A stretch of DNA of 64,000 bases from Azolla caroliniana (taxonomy: Eukaryota > Plantae > Polypodiophyta). This document shows positions 51,719-64,000 of this stretch, piece by piece. Positions within the stretch are counted from its first letter, which is position 1. Each line of letters opens with the position of its first letter. The notes under the pieces were generated by a model. It made no database searches. It had not been told where the DNA came from and was given only the letters and a program-made list of their open reading frames with translations. The stretch covers positions 17,174,001 to 17,238,000 of the forward strand of contig JBHGNT010000018.1 in the NCBI GenBank assembly GCA_043228905.1, read 5' to 3'. The translations under genes and the position numbers were made by a program.

Positions 51719-54015
51719 TGTCATGATATGGCAAGACTCGAACCCATGACCTTATGCTACATGGGTCGAGCTCTTGACCATTAAATTATACATTGTAATA
51801 CATAGAATATTATTTTCATTTATGTTTTATTATAGAAAATTGATGTATATTCCATATTTCTCTGGAACATTCTAGAAACTTCAGGAGTATTCCTTAGAAC
51901 ACTATAAAAGGAGGCACAAGGAATTATTTCGAACCAAATTGGTTCAAACTGTCAAGAACAGTACTAAGACAGAGAAGGACTTAGTACTAAAAGAAGTATT
52001 AGTGCTAAGAGAGGTGAAGAACTCTCGAGAGAAGGAAAGAGTGAGTGAGAGGGAGGGAGAGAGAGATCGAGAGAGAGAGAGAGTGATGATAAGAAAAGAT
52101 ATATATCCAATGTTAAAACTAGATGGGAGTCGATGACGATCCGCATAAACCTTGTGTGTTTGTTGAGCTTGTTGGAGATGAGTAGACAAATCCGCTTGTA
52201 TCTTGCGTAACCTCTCCAAACGATCCTCTACGCAAGGATTTGTGGACACCTCTGGGGTTTCAACTACACACCACCGGGGGTGACATCCCGTATAAGCATA
52301 AAATGGCGTAACTTTTGTGGATGCGTGGATAGAGTTGTTATAGGCAAATTCGGCGAAGTGGAGAATATCTGCCTAGTCATCCTGATGATAACTGAGAAAG
52401 CACCGCAGATACTACTCCAACGTTTGATTGGTTCGTTCGGCTTGGCCGTCGGTTTGTGGGTGGTAGCCGGAGGAGAGGTTACAACTGACCTTGAGCATGT
52501 TAAAAAGGTGCTTCTAGAATTTTGACACGAACTGGGGTCCACGGTCGCTGATGATACTACCGGGAAGTCCATGATGCCACATACTTCATGCATGACAATT
52601 TCGGCAGTGTCTTCACTGGAGATCTCCTTAGTACATGGCAAGAAATGAGCCATCTTCGTATATCGATCGACCACCGTTAGAATCGCATTGAACCCCTTAG
52701 AGATTGGAAGATCTGTGATGAAGTCTAGAGCAATGGACTGCCACGGCTTGCTTGGAATTGGTAATGGTTCTAATAAACCATATGGATGATGCCTTGGCAT
52801 TTTCGCTTTGCAGCATGTATCACAAGTCCGAACAAAATCCTCGACAAATTGTCGCATATAGGGCCACCGGAATGATCATTGTACTAAATGTAGTGTTTTA
52901 GTACTACCAAAATGCCCAGCTGTATATGTGTCATGACAGTTTTGTACTACTTGAAGGCGGCAAGAACCATTAGGAACATGCAAAAGTTCTTTAAAGAAGA
53001 GTAATCCATCATGGTATTTGAATTGCCGATAGTCCGTACCTGGTGGTTGCGACTGTGAACATGACGCTCGAGAGGGATCAATTTGTGCTAGTATAGCTTG
53101 GGCGAACGCATCTGTCTTCAAGTCTTCATGTATGGCTACTCCGACGACACATCAAGACTACTCGCCCATGCGAGAAGTTGGATTATCGGCAATTAGGTCC
53201 TTTCCGTATTATAGGAAAGATTAATGATGTCGCTTTTCATCTTGATCTACCTCCACAACTTCGGATACATCCGGTGTTTCATAGTTCTCTCCTCGAACCC
53301 TATCAAGAAATCACCATCCCAGGCCGTATTACACAACCTCCACCCCCGATCGAGCTTGAAGATGGACCTGAGTACGAGGTTGCCGCCATCCTTGATTCCA
53401 AGCTTGTTCGCAACAAGCTCTAGTATCTAGTCGATTGGGTAGGATATAGTCCCAGCGAGCGTACTTGGGAACCGATAGAGAATGTCACCAATGCTCGTGC
53501 TCTTCTTGAAGACTTCCATCGTCAATATCCAGACAAACCGGGTCCTCAATCCAAAACGACTCGTTACACTCGTCGTTTTAAAGGGGGGATAGTGTCATGA
53601 TATGGCAAGACTCGAACCCATGACCTTATGCGTCGAGCTCTTGACCATTAGATTATACATTGTAATACGTAGAATATTATTTTCATTTATGTTTTATTAT
53701 AGAAAATTGATGTATATTCCAGATTTCTCTGGAACATTCTAGAAACTTCAGGAGTATTCCTTAGAACACTATTAAAGGAGGCACAAGGCATTATTTCGAA
53801 CCAAATCGGTTCAACGCCAGTCTTAAGCCTCCTAGTTACTGTACATTTTCTTCACATAATATATATCTTTTCTTATCATCACTCTCTCTCTCTCTCGATC
53901 TCTCTCTCCCTCCCTCTCACTCACTCTTTCCTTCTCTCGAGAGTTCTTCACCTCTCTTAGTACTAATACTTCTTTTAGTACTAAGTCCTTCTCTGTCTTA
54001 GTACTGTTCCTGACA
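51719..54015 (+). mobile_element. Gypsy chromovirus deletion derivative (element C, Tcn1-like) with internal inversions
   Basis: Perfect TSD TTTGG (51714-51718, 54016-54020). 3' LTR 53593-54015, PPT ~53580-53592, chromodomain YEVAAILDSK on +. Integrase core on - (52106-53129); gag, PR and RT absent. Confidence 0.9.
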
Positions 54016-54771
54016 TTTGGTATCCAATGGAATCCATTGTCTAGACACCAAGTAGGAGTAAGCCCTTCCCCAACCCAAAATCCCACTGATTTATGCCAAT
54101 TGATAATTGCGCATGAAGCATCACAGAAATCATGGATCACACTTTGCACATTACAGAGATTTCTGTCATCTCCTACAACATATAGTGCTGTGTCATCTGC
54201 AAATTCATAGTCTAACACAACCTCCTCCACACCTCGCCACTGTATTCCTTTAATAGGTAACCTATTCTTATGTAAGAATACACTAAAGGTTTCTCCCACT
54301 AATAGAAATAAATATGGAGCCAAAGGACATCCTTCTCTCACCGATCTAGTAATCGGAAAAGTATTACATAGTGCTCCTCCAACATAGTTCTCACTACGAA
54401 TAGTTCTCACCCCACCTTCTAATTTTGGAATCAAATAAACCATTCCGTCATTCCATTCAACAAGCATCCTTCCCAATTTAAAAACTTCTTGTAAAGAGGA
54501 TGTGACAACATTGGTTATATCATCCCAATATTCTCAATTTTTTTTTGGTGATAATCCATCATTTCCTAGGCATACATTCTTCCCAATAGCTACTAATGCA
54601 GCTCTTACCTCTGCAGAAGAGATTGCCTTAACCAATGCTTCGTTCATCTCATTTGAGACCTTATGTTCTAGACAACCCAAAACTATTTTCCTTTTTTGGA
54701 GTTGTTGAACTGAAAATTGTTGGGTATTTAGTAGATTTTTATAAAAGGTTGTAGAAATGTCTCTCATTTCA

Positions 54772-57700
54772 TGACAGGAACTCAAACGCTCCTTATGCAC
54801 AACGCTCGGCCACAACCGAGCTTAGAATCATACACAGAAAATGGGAAATAAAACACGACACGAAGAAGAAACGAGTGCACAGGATGTTTACGTGGAAAAC
54901 CCAAAGAGGGAAAAACCACGGCAGCCCACATGCTGCAAACTATCACTATGCTAGAATGTACAACAGTGAGTTCACGGAGGCAACGACCTCGTGCTCACGA
55001 TCCTCGCCACAGGGGGGTGTCTTACAAATCCGATCCTCTTCCGACATGCATCCAGCTTGTCGGGTATCAACACTTTGGTCAGCATATCTGACCCGTTCTC
55101 GGCCGTGTGGATCTTCGTCAGTGCGAACTCCTGGTCATCTACTCTTTCCCGGATCCAGTGATACCTTCGCTGGATATGCTTCATCCGGGAATGGTAGGCC
55201 GCATTCTTAGCAAGATGGATGGCCCTTTGACTATCGCAATAGAGTCGGTATTCATCTTGCCGAATACCGAGCTCTTTGATGAAGTCCTTCATCCATAAGA
55301 TTTCCTTGCCGGCTTCCACAGCCGCCATGTATTCCGCGTCTGTGGTTGACAACGCAACCGTCTTCTGCAGCCTCGACTGCCACGAAACAGCTCCCCCTGC
55401 ATATGTCATTACATACCCGGATGTAGACCGACTGGTATCCACATCAGCCGACATGTCCGAATCGGTGAAACTGTCCAGTTGAGGTTTTCCAGAGCCGAAA
55501 CGGAGACACATATTTGAAGTGCCCTTCAAATACCGGAGTATCCATTTGACTGCGTTCCAGTGCTCCTTGCTGGGATTGCTCATGAACCGGCTCACCACTC
55601 CGACTGCGTATCCTATATCCGGTCGGGTACAAACCATTGCGTACATTAAGCTCCCGACGGTAGAGGCATATGGAATCTTCATCATATCCGCCTTCTCTGC
55701 TTTAGTCTTCGGGCTTTGCTTACCGGATAGCCTGCAGTTTGCCGGAAGTGTCGATCCGACCAGTTTCGCATCTGACATGTTGAACCAGTGAAGCACCTTT
55801 GTCACGTACTTCATGCTTGCCGCTATACTCAGCACCGTCTGGATGGAGGTCATCTTTACTACCGGGGCAAATATCTCGTCAAAGTCCATGCCCTTTTTCT
55901 GCTGGAACCCCTTCACCACGACCCTGGCTTTGTATCTCGAGGGGTTGCCGGCATCTCCCAGTTTCAACTTGTACACCCACTTATTTCGGAGTGCCCGCTT
56001 TCCTTTCGGCAACTCCACCAATTCGTACGTATGGTTCTCATGTAGGGAATCCATCTCATCCTGCATGGCACTTAACCATTTTCGGTTGTGGGTGTCATCC
56101 TTCGCTTCTTCGAAGCTTTCCGGCTCCCCCTCATCGGTCAACAAAACATGCTCTGCATCCGGAAATCTCCGGGGGGCCCTTCTCTCTCTGAGAGGATATC
56201 TCCGTCTTCGGGCTTCGGTAACCGGCTCCTCCATTTGCTCTTCATCCGAATCTGATTCGGGGTCTTGGCCGGTTCCGGTTTCAGCTTCCTCTACTTCTTC
56301 TTTAGCCTGTTCAGTATCCTCATCGTAACTGGCTGGTCCCTCGAGTGCTAACCGGTCTCTTGCCGGTTGAGTCTGCTCATCGTAGAGTCGATCCTTACCG
56401 GTCGACTCAGAGTTCATTATCTTCTTCTTCGACTCCCAGTCGGCGAGCGTCTTGTCCTCCATGAAGATAATATCTCGACTCCGGAATACCTTCTTGTCGA
56501 CCAGATCCCACACTCGGTAGCCGAACTCATTGTCACCGTAACTGAGGAATATGCATGGCCGGGTCTTTGGATCTAACTTTCCTCTCCGGTCCTTAGCTAC
56601 ATGCACGTACGCGAGACACCCGAACACCTTCAGATGCCGGTAGGATACTTCCTTACCGGTCCACACTCTCTGTGGCGTGTCTCCATCCAAGGGTACTAAG
56701 GATGATCTGTTTACCACATATGTCGCTGTCGACAGTGCCTCAGCCCAAAACTTCTTGGGTAGTTTTGCATGCGCCAACATACTCCGGACCCTCTCCATTA
56801 TGGTCCGGTTCCTCCTCTCGGCCAGCCCGTTTAGTTCCGGCGTCTTCGGCACGGTAAATTCGAGCCAAATTCCCTTCGAGCGACAATACTCCTCGAACTG
56901 CCCCCAGTATTCTCCTCCGTTATCTGCTCGAACCGCCTTCAGCTTCCGGCCGGTTTCTCTTTCCACTCTCGCGTGGAGCTCTTTGAAGACGGATAACACT
57001 TGATCCTTCGTCTTCAACGGTGTGGCCCACAGCTTCCGGCTGTGGTCATCAATGAACGTCACGAAGTACTGCGTTCTGGCATGTGACTTCGTGTCTACTT
57101 GACACACATCCGTATGCACCAACTCCAGTGGTGCATTACGTCTCATCGGTGGCCTTGGTCGGAAGGAGGTCCGGTTTTGCTTACCGCCCAGACAATCAGT
57201 GCACTTCTCCAAGTGCACGTTCTTCACTGGAATGAGGTTGTCGTCTTCAAGCCTCTTCATCCCCTTCTCGCTCATATGACACAGCCTCTTGTGCCACAGC
57301 TCACCGGCAGTGTTGGATGCAACGTTCACTTCTTCCGGACATAACCGGGCATTCATCAGGTACAGTGTGTTGACCTTCCGGGCCCGAGCCACAATCAGGC
57401 TCCCTTTGCTGAACTTCATGACACCGTTCCGGATGCTACCCGTGTAGCCTTCATCATCTAGCCAACCGGCTGATATAAGGTTCAGACGAACCTCCGGAAC
57501 GTGTCAGACATCCTTCAGCAGCAACTTGCATCCGGTTGGTGTTGTCAGCCACACGTCTCCTATGCCGACAATTCGGCATATACCTTCATTCCCCATCTGA
57601 ACACAGCCGTGATCACTGGCTGAGTAGGATGAGAGGCATTTCAGGTCCGGGGTAAGGTGGAACGACGCTCCAGAGTCTACCACCCAGGTCAGCTCGTCGC

Positions 57701-59256
57701 CAGCAAGGTTTATCTCACTCTCCTCGGTGATGAGCATCAACTCTTCTTCACTTGCCGCGATTGCCGTCAGTCCCTTCCGGTCCGGCCCCCTCCGGTCTTT
57801 ACCATTCCGATCCGGGGTCCGCTTCGAATCAGTACCGTCGATCTCCTTATCTTTTCGGAAATGCCGACAGTTCTTTTGGAAGTGTCCCGGCTTGCCGCAA
57901 TAGAAGCAAGTGGGCCTCCCCCTTGACTGTGACCGTGTCCCCGACTTCTCCCGGTTCTGGGGACTACGGTTTCTATGTCTTCCGCGTTCCGATTCGGTAT
58001 GGAGCGCTTTGGAGTCGGAGCTCGTATCTTTATCTTTCCGACGCGCCTCCTCATCTAGCAAGCTCGACTTTACTCTTGCTAGGGATAACCACTTTCCTTC
58101 CGGCCCAGCGTTGCCTAAAGTGACAACCAACGTCTCCCAGCTATCCAAGAGGGAACCAAGTAGGAGTAGCGCTAGTACCTCATCGGCGAGAGGTACTTCC
58201 AATGAAGTTGCCTGGTGGATCAGCCCCTAGAATGCATTCATGTGCTCCGCCATGCTGGAGCCATCTTGGTACCGGAGTCTTACTAGCTTCCGGAATACCG
58301 AAACCGGATTAACAACATTTTTGTTTTGAAACATAATGCCGATCTTCTCCCAGAGCTCATGAGCCTTGCTCTCTTCATTGAAGTTGTTGTATAGGCTCAT
58401 GTCGATGAAGCACCGTATGTACGCCGTTGTCTTCATGTGCATCACCTCCCATATCGCGGCGTCGATTTTGTCCGGTCTCTTGTCCCCGAACTGAACCGGC
58501 AGCCAGAGGTCTTTAACCACGAGCATGTCCCTCATCTTCGACTTCCACACCGAATAGTTGGAGCCGGTGAGCTTGAACATGCCGCCAAACGATTCGTCCA
58601 TTTTTTGTGTCGTTTCGCTCTGATACCACTTGATAGGAACTCAAACACTCCTTATGCACAACGCTCGGCCACAACCGAGCTTAGAATCATACACAGAAAA
58701 CGGGAAATAAAACACGACACGAAGAAGAAATGAGTGCACAGGATGTTTACGTGGAAAACCCAAAGAGGGAAAAACCACGGCAGCCCATAGGCTGCAAACT
58801 ATCACTATGCTAGAATGTACAACAGTGAGTTCACGGAGGCAACGACCTCATGCTCACGATCCTCGCCACAAGCGGCGGTTACAACAGAGGCAACGACCTC
58901 TTTCTCTCTCTCTCTCTGTACACTGTTACGCGCTCACTCTATTCTTGCACCAACAAGAATGACAACAACCAACAGTAACCTAAAAGTTTGCCCTAAGTCA
59001 TATTTATACTAATATGACTTTTCGGCTATTTACAAATATAGCCCTAATGGACTCTCAGAAACATATTTACAAATATGTCTCCTCATCCGGTCTTGACCGG
59101 GTCTGCACCATCCGGCTCTCCGTAGCCGGGGACTCCTCATCCGGTTCTCACCGGGTCTGCACCATCCGGCTCTCCGTAGCCGGGGACTCCTCATCCGAGT
59201 TTGTTCATCGGCACTGTTCTTCTCCCTTCCCATCCGGAGGGACCTATCTCCCAACA
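54772..59256 (-). mobile_element. Copia (Tnt1-like), both ends present, RT core deleted
   Basis: Perfect TSD TTTCA (54767-54771, 59257-59261). 5' LTR 58631-59256, PBS 58617-58628, gag ATG 58601, pol ORF 54972-57419. 3' LTR truncated at ~55012; stops at 58227 and 57504. Confidence 0.95.
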
Positions 59257-62089
59257 TTTCATTAATGTCTTTCGTAAAAGACCCGTCTTCCCTTTGAAGT
59301 TGTCTCATATAGCTACTTGAATGACCACCTCTATAATAAGCAAAAAATTCGGCATTCACATTATCACCTAATCTAGCCCATTTCGCACCAGCAGCATGAA
59401 ACTTTGTTTGAGATATCTTTTCTTCTAAATTTGTTAGCTCATTTCTTAAGTGACCCAATTCCATTTCAACCCAAGATGCATGTGGACATTTTTCTTGAAA
59501 ATGCTGAAGAGACTTCAAATCCCTCCGATTAGCAACCATTTGTAACTTACATTTCTCCATAGTCTTGAATACTTGCAATTTAAGAAATTTCAATGTACTC
59601 TGAATAGCAAAGTTAACCATTTGCAAGAAATTTTCAGAATCTGATGTATTTTGCACTTTCCACATCTGTAAAATATCATGTCTAAGAGATGTATCTAAAT
59701 AAATCCATTTTGGAATACGACCACAACTATTGTTATGATATGGTTGTTTTCCAACAACCATAATCACAGGTGCATGATCTGAGAATAAAGAGCCTAATAC
59801 AATACCAATCTCCCCACCCTTTCCAACAAAAAAATCATCAATGTATATTCTATCCAACCGCGGCAGATTTACCCCTTGTTGTCTTCTATCTAATCAAGAG
59901 AAACTTAATGAATCTTTTAATCGAGCAAAAGATGTAACATGCCAACATCTTGCAATCTGAATGATAGACATAATCTTTCCCAAGTTATCAACTCAGATGC
60001 ACTTATCAAAGCATGAGATCCGCCAGTCCTATCACCAAAATCCTCAATCATATTAAAGTCACCTATCATACACCAATGATCCACTGACGGTAATCCGTTC
60101 CTATCTTAAACCAAAACTCCTTTCTAGCCCCATTCGAATTTGGAACATGAATATTAAGAAAGCCCAACTTAAGGTCTGAGATCGATAGGATGATGTAATG
60201 ATGTAATGAGCTCTTCCATTGACCAATAGATGACAATCTAGCACCTGCTGACTCCATTTCTCTGCTAAGGCTATACATAAACCACCATGTTTGTTTTGAT
60301 TGCCAATCGCAGGATTCCAATAGTATTTCCTATTTCCTTTCAACATGTTCCCATATGTATCTATTCTCTTATCCAATAGATGAGTTTCTTGTAAACAAAT
60401 CATATCACAGACACCCACATTAAACTTATGTAACTCTTGACGAACTCGACCTTTAAACTTCTTACTAAGAACCCCTCCAAGCCCTTGAACGTTCGAAGAC
60501 AAAATTCGGAAATTATTCATAACTCAACAGAAGTTGTTTACTAACCTTAGTTCTCCCATCCAATGTAGACTTCTTAAACTTACAAGGTTTATTGCTAATT
60601 TTCAATCCCTTAAGGGACATCTTATTTGAATAAGAAATAGTACCATGTTTCTTTGCATGATGCATAAATCGATTAATCATACTATTTCTATCCATGACCT
60701 TATTAAGAGTACTATGCACAACTGTTGCGTTGGTTTCCTGATTAAGGTGGTGATTAGAATTAAACTCACTCTCTAAATACATTGCCCTTGATCTAGTTAT
60801 ACAACCATTGTAATTATGGGTATCCTCCCTTGATGAGTGACAAATTTCAGTAGTCACAATTTGCAACAAGTTAACATGTTCCCCACTTTTTTCCACATTA
60901 GAGTCTTCCTGACAGGCCATGTGATCTTCCTTTTCTACATATACAACTTATGACAAATTTTCATTTCCCTTCATCCCTAAATCCTCATTATTGTGGGCCA
61001 AGGTACACTTATCCTTGGTATGTGCCTCACCTACCAAGGAGTGTAGTAAATTATTACCACCTATATTTATTGAAGAAGTAGAGAGGTCATGATCTATAAT
61101 TTGATCCATATCAATTTTATGTTTCGTAATGGAAGGTCCATCAACCTCCTCAACCAAAACATCATCCAGTGCCATATGCCCAATTTGCCTACATTTGAAG
61201 CATTGATTCGGCAATCCAACATATATAATCTTTTGTACTCGCGCTTTGCCGCCACTCAATGGCAGCAATCGAATCGATGCGGGAAGAACCATATTACTAT
61301 GACCTAACAATCGCACTATTGGTGTATTCTAGTTTTTTGAATTAAACCTATCAATTTCTACCTCATCATCTATCAAATGCCCAATTGTGGCCGCAATCTC
61401 ATTTATTACCGGTCACCACTCTCTAGGTAAGGTTGGGAACATTATAGAGAAAACAAATCGCCTAGAAATTGTGTCTCTTAAGTCATCTAAATCGAATCCC
61501 GCATACCATTTTAAAAATTGCACCCATATTCCTTTTATCTTAACACTACCCATCAGAAGCAATTTATCCAGGTCCATATTACCACTATTAAATTTAATGT
61601 GGTAGCAACCCTTACCGTGAAATTGGATGTCGATTATTGGTGCTAACTCACCATGTAACCGAGCCTGTAGTAGATGACGCAACTCAACCTGATTTGGACG
61701 ACCTCCCACAACATAAATAACAATTGAATGTTGTTGAAGGCGATCCACCTCTGCATGTAACTTCTGTTCTACAATAGAAGAGAGACAGAAGTCCACCGTG
61801 AGATCTGCGACTAGAGAGGAAACGAAGGGCGGTGCACTGGAGTCCCTTTTATGTGTTGTCGCAACATCGAACGTGCACGTCATATTCTCTTTTAGTGTAT
61901 TTTTTTGTGGATGTTAAGCTTCCTCCAAGGGTGATGAATTTGAGATGAGACTTGATAATAAACAAGCGAAAATGGATTGTTCATTTCATGGCTTATCAAA
62001 TCCAACATAGGAGATACAATGTGTACAAGAGTACATGGACTTGCTTCAATGAGAAGCACAATAATACAAACCAATGAGCATGGTCTAGG

Positions 62090-64000
62090 GTTTGACCAAC
62101 TCAATGAGTGGACTTTCCGAACTCAAACTAAGGTTGTCAAATGACAAAGAATATCACAATCAACAAGACCAAATTGATGCCATAAGAGCACATTTTGAGA
62201 GTGATAACACTAGCCTCACACTACCCATAACGATGAATGACACTATGATGTATCCTATAACAATCATTGACTATGATTTTTGGCAAAGGGGGGTCAGCCC
62301 TAATATTCTCCCTCTGGATGTCAAACTACATATGGTAGATGGTTCTATCCAAAGAACAAAAGGCATGGTGGCGAACCAAAATTTCTAGGTGTACAAGATA
62401 GAATTCTACTTGACTTTCGTAGACACAAGGTTAGAAAACTTTTAGTAATGTAGCAACGTCGCTCCACTCATCTTAGGTCTTAAGCTTACCTTGCCATATT
62501 AGATTGGGGCAATATTGATCTTGCCTCACCTTAACCATTGAAAGTCGCTATGAGGTGTTTGAAGGGTTTGAGGCACATAATTGTAAATTGTCCCCATAGT
62601 CTAAACTATCAAGTAAATCGAATTGTCAGTATTGATAAATATGATGACGAAAAACAACGACATCAAGCAAATTGCTTGTGCTTATATTGTGTTGGTCTCG
62701 AGCATACAGTTGTAAATTATCCCCATAGACCAAACCATTAAGTAAATCGAATTGTCACTAATGATAAACCTGACTCTAGTTCATTAGAGATAACTAATAG
62801 TCCTAGTAACCCAAGTAATTAGACGAGGTAATGATTCTAGCCAAAATTGGAGCCATTTGGTTGGACAACTTAAGATCCCTAAAGCATGTCCCTTGCCCTA
62901 GTTCCATTTGATCCAAACAATTCAACAATTTTTTCCCTATTCAAGTAGAAATTAGTACATCTAGTTCTCATCAAGTTCATGTACTTAGCTCTCTTAGGTA
63001 GCATAGCATTTGTTGTTTCATGGATAGAATTTTTTCTTTGTTGCATAGGATATCCTTCATAAATTTTAATGTGCAACTTCCGTAGTAATCGATGGTTGCA
63101 CTATTACTTCTGTAACTTGCAAGTGTAATCTCTTCCAATATAATTAGTAGCCATGAACATCTGATTGTCCGTTTTTTTGTCTTGGTTTGAGCTTCATAAT
63201 CCCGAAATTGACTAGAAAAATGGAAATTTTAAGAGATGACAACCAAATAATCAAGAGTTTCAACTTTCTAATACTATGTAGTGAAAGGATCAACGTCACA
63301 AATTTTCAACTATCTCTACGCATGGAAGAACACAAGGATGACATGTTTTAGTTTATAGTGGTAGTGAGACTTTGTAATAACTCTCAAGTTACCTCAGAAG
63401 TCCAACTTCCAAATAAGTATTAAGAATTCATAGACGTATTTGACAAAGTCCAAAGCTAGCACATTGCCAAAATGTCAGCCTTGTGATTGTCCTATTGATC
63501 TACTATCTGGAAACGAGCCACTATGGAGGCCATTCTATAATATGTCATCTTCCGAGCTAGAGGTTTGGTAGAGGTTCTACGAACATACATTGATGTGAAT
63601 ATGGAAAATAGTTTCATGCAACACTCAAAATCCCAGGAAACTACACCAATTTGCTTTGTCAAGAAAAAAGTTGGATCTCCTCAATTAATTGTAGATTATC
63701 GTGGTTTGAATAAGGCTACTATACACAACAAAAATGCTCTATCTTTTATCTCTAGTCTCTCAGAATGTCTTACTGAAGCTAAGTGTTTCACCAAGATCAA
63801 TCTATGGAGTGCATTTAACTTTGTTTGGATTCGTCCCAGTGATGAGTGAAAAATGGCTTTCCAAAGTCGATAAGGCCATTTTGAATACACAATCAAGTCA
63901 TTTGGCATTACAAATGCATCAGTAGTATATCAACAAATGACAAATGACATTTTTCAAGATTTTCTAAACATCTTCTTAGTCATCTACCTAGATGATATCT
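62090..64000 (+). mobile_element. Highly degenerate Gypsy (Tcn1-like) gag-to-RT fragment, runs off the window end
   Basis: LCLYC...H knuckle remnant ~62670-62725; RT FVKKK..S..LIVDYRGLNK...FTKINL...GHFEY...VIYLDDI at 63400-64000. Confidence 0.8.

Larger units (their letters stand above)
49700..61883 (-). mobile_element. L1-type LINE, near full length, decayed, split by Gypsy C and a Copia
   Basis: ORF1 ~61883-60513 (CFKCRQIGH knuckle). ORF2 from 60520: APE (SSNVQGL, CLQETHL, DRIY, SDHAPV), RT (REGCPLAPYLF, FADD, YLG), C-terminal zinc finger to 49732. DINEM|RDIS and WIP|KGSP rejoin across the inserts. Confidence 0.9.

Noticed and set aside
55107-57344. Plus-strand ORFs overlapping Copia pol (and similar ones over Gypsy B)
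   Set aside because: Antisense shadows of GC-rich retroelement coding sequence with no recognisable domains.

Overview
Eukaryotic, land-plant-type genomic DNA, probably from a non-seed plant such as a fern (inferred from the TE lineages and a PLS-PPR remnant). Most of the window is nested, decayed transposable elements: about seven Ty1/Copia copies or fragments (mostly one Tnt1-like family), four Ty3/Gypsy elements, solo LTRs, an L1-type LINE, a hAT-like MITE, and a 6.9-kb TIR element with an 8-bp TSD that contains an RPL35 retrocopy. The only clear host gene is an intronless class-I LBD (LOB/AS2-like) transcription factor at 43834-44592 (-). The standout is an 8,865-bp DNA transposon at 28637-37501. 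It has 36-bp TIRs and a 4-bp TSD, and removing it restores the reading frame of the Copia integrase it interrupts. It carries two divergently transcribed genes: a Sola-like DDD transposase (one frameshift), and a six-exon gene for a ~896-aa protein fusing a ParB/Srx-like domain to a prokaryote-type beta-class N4C/N6A DNA methyltransferase. Three 25-bp palindromes at a 51-bp period lie in that gene's first intron. All family assignments come from motif recognition by eye; no database searches were run.
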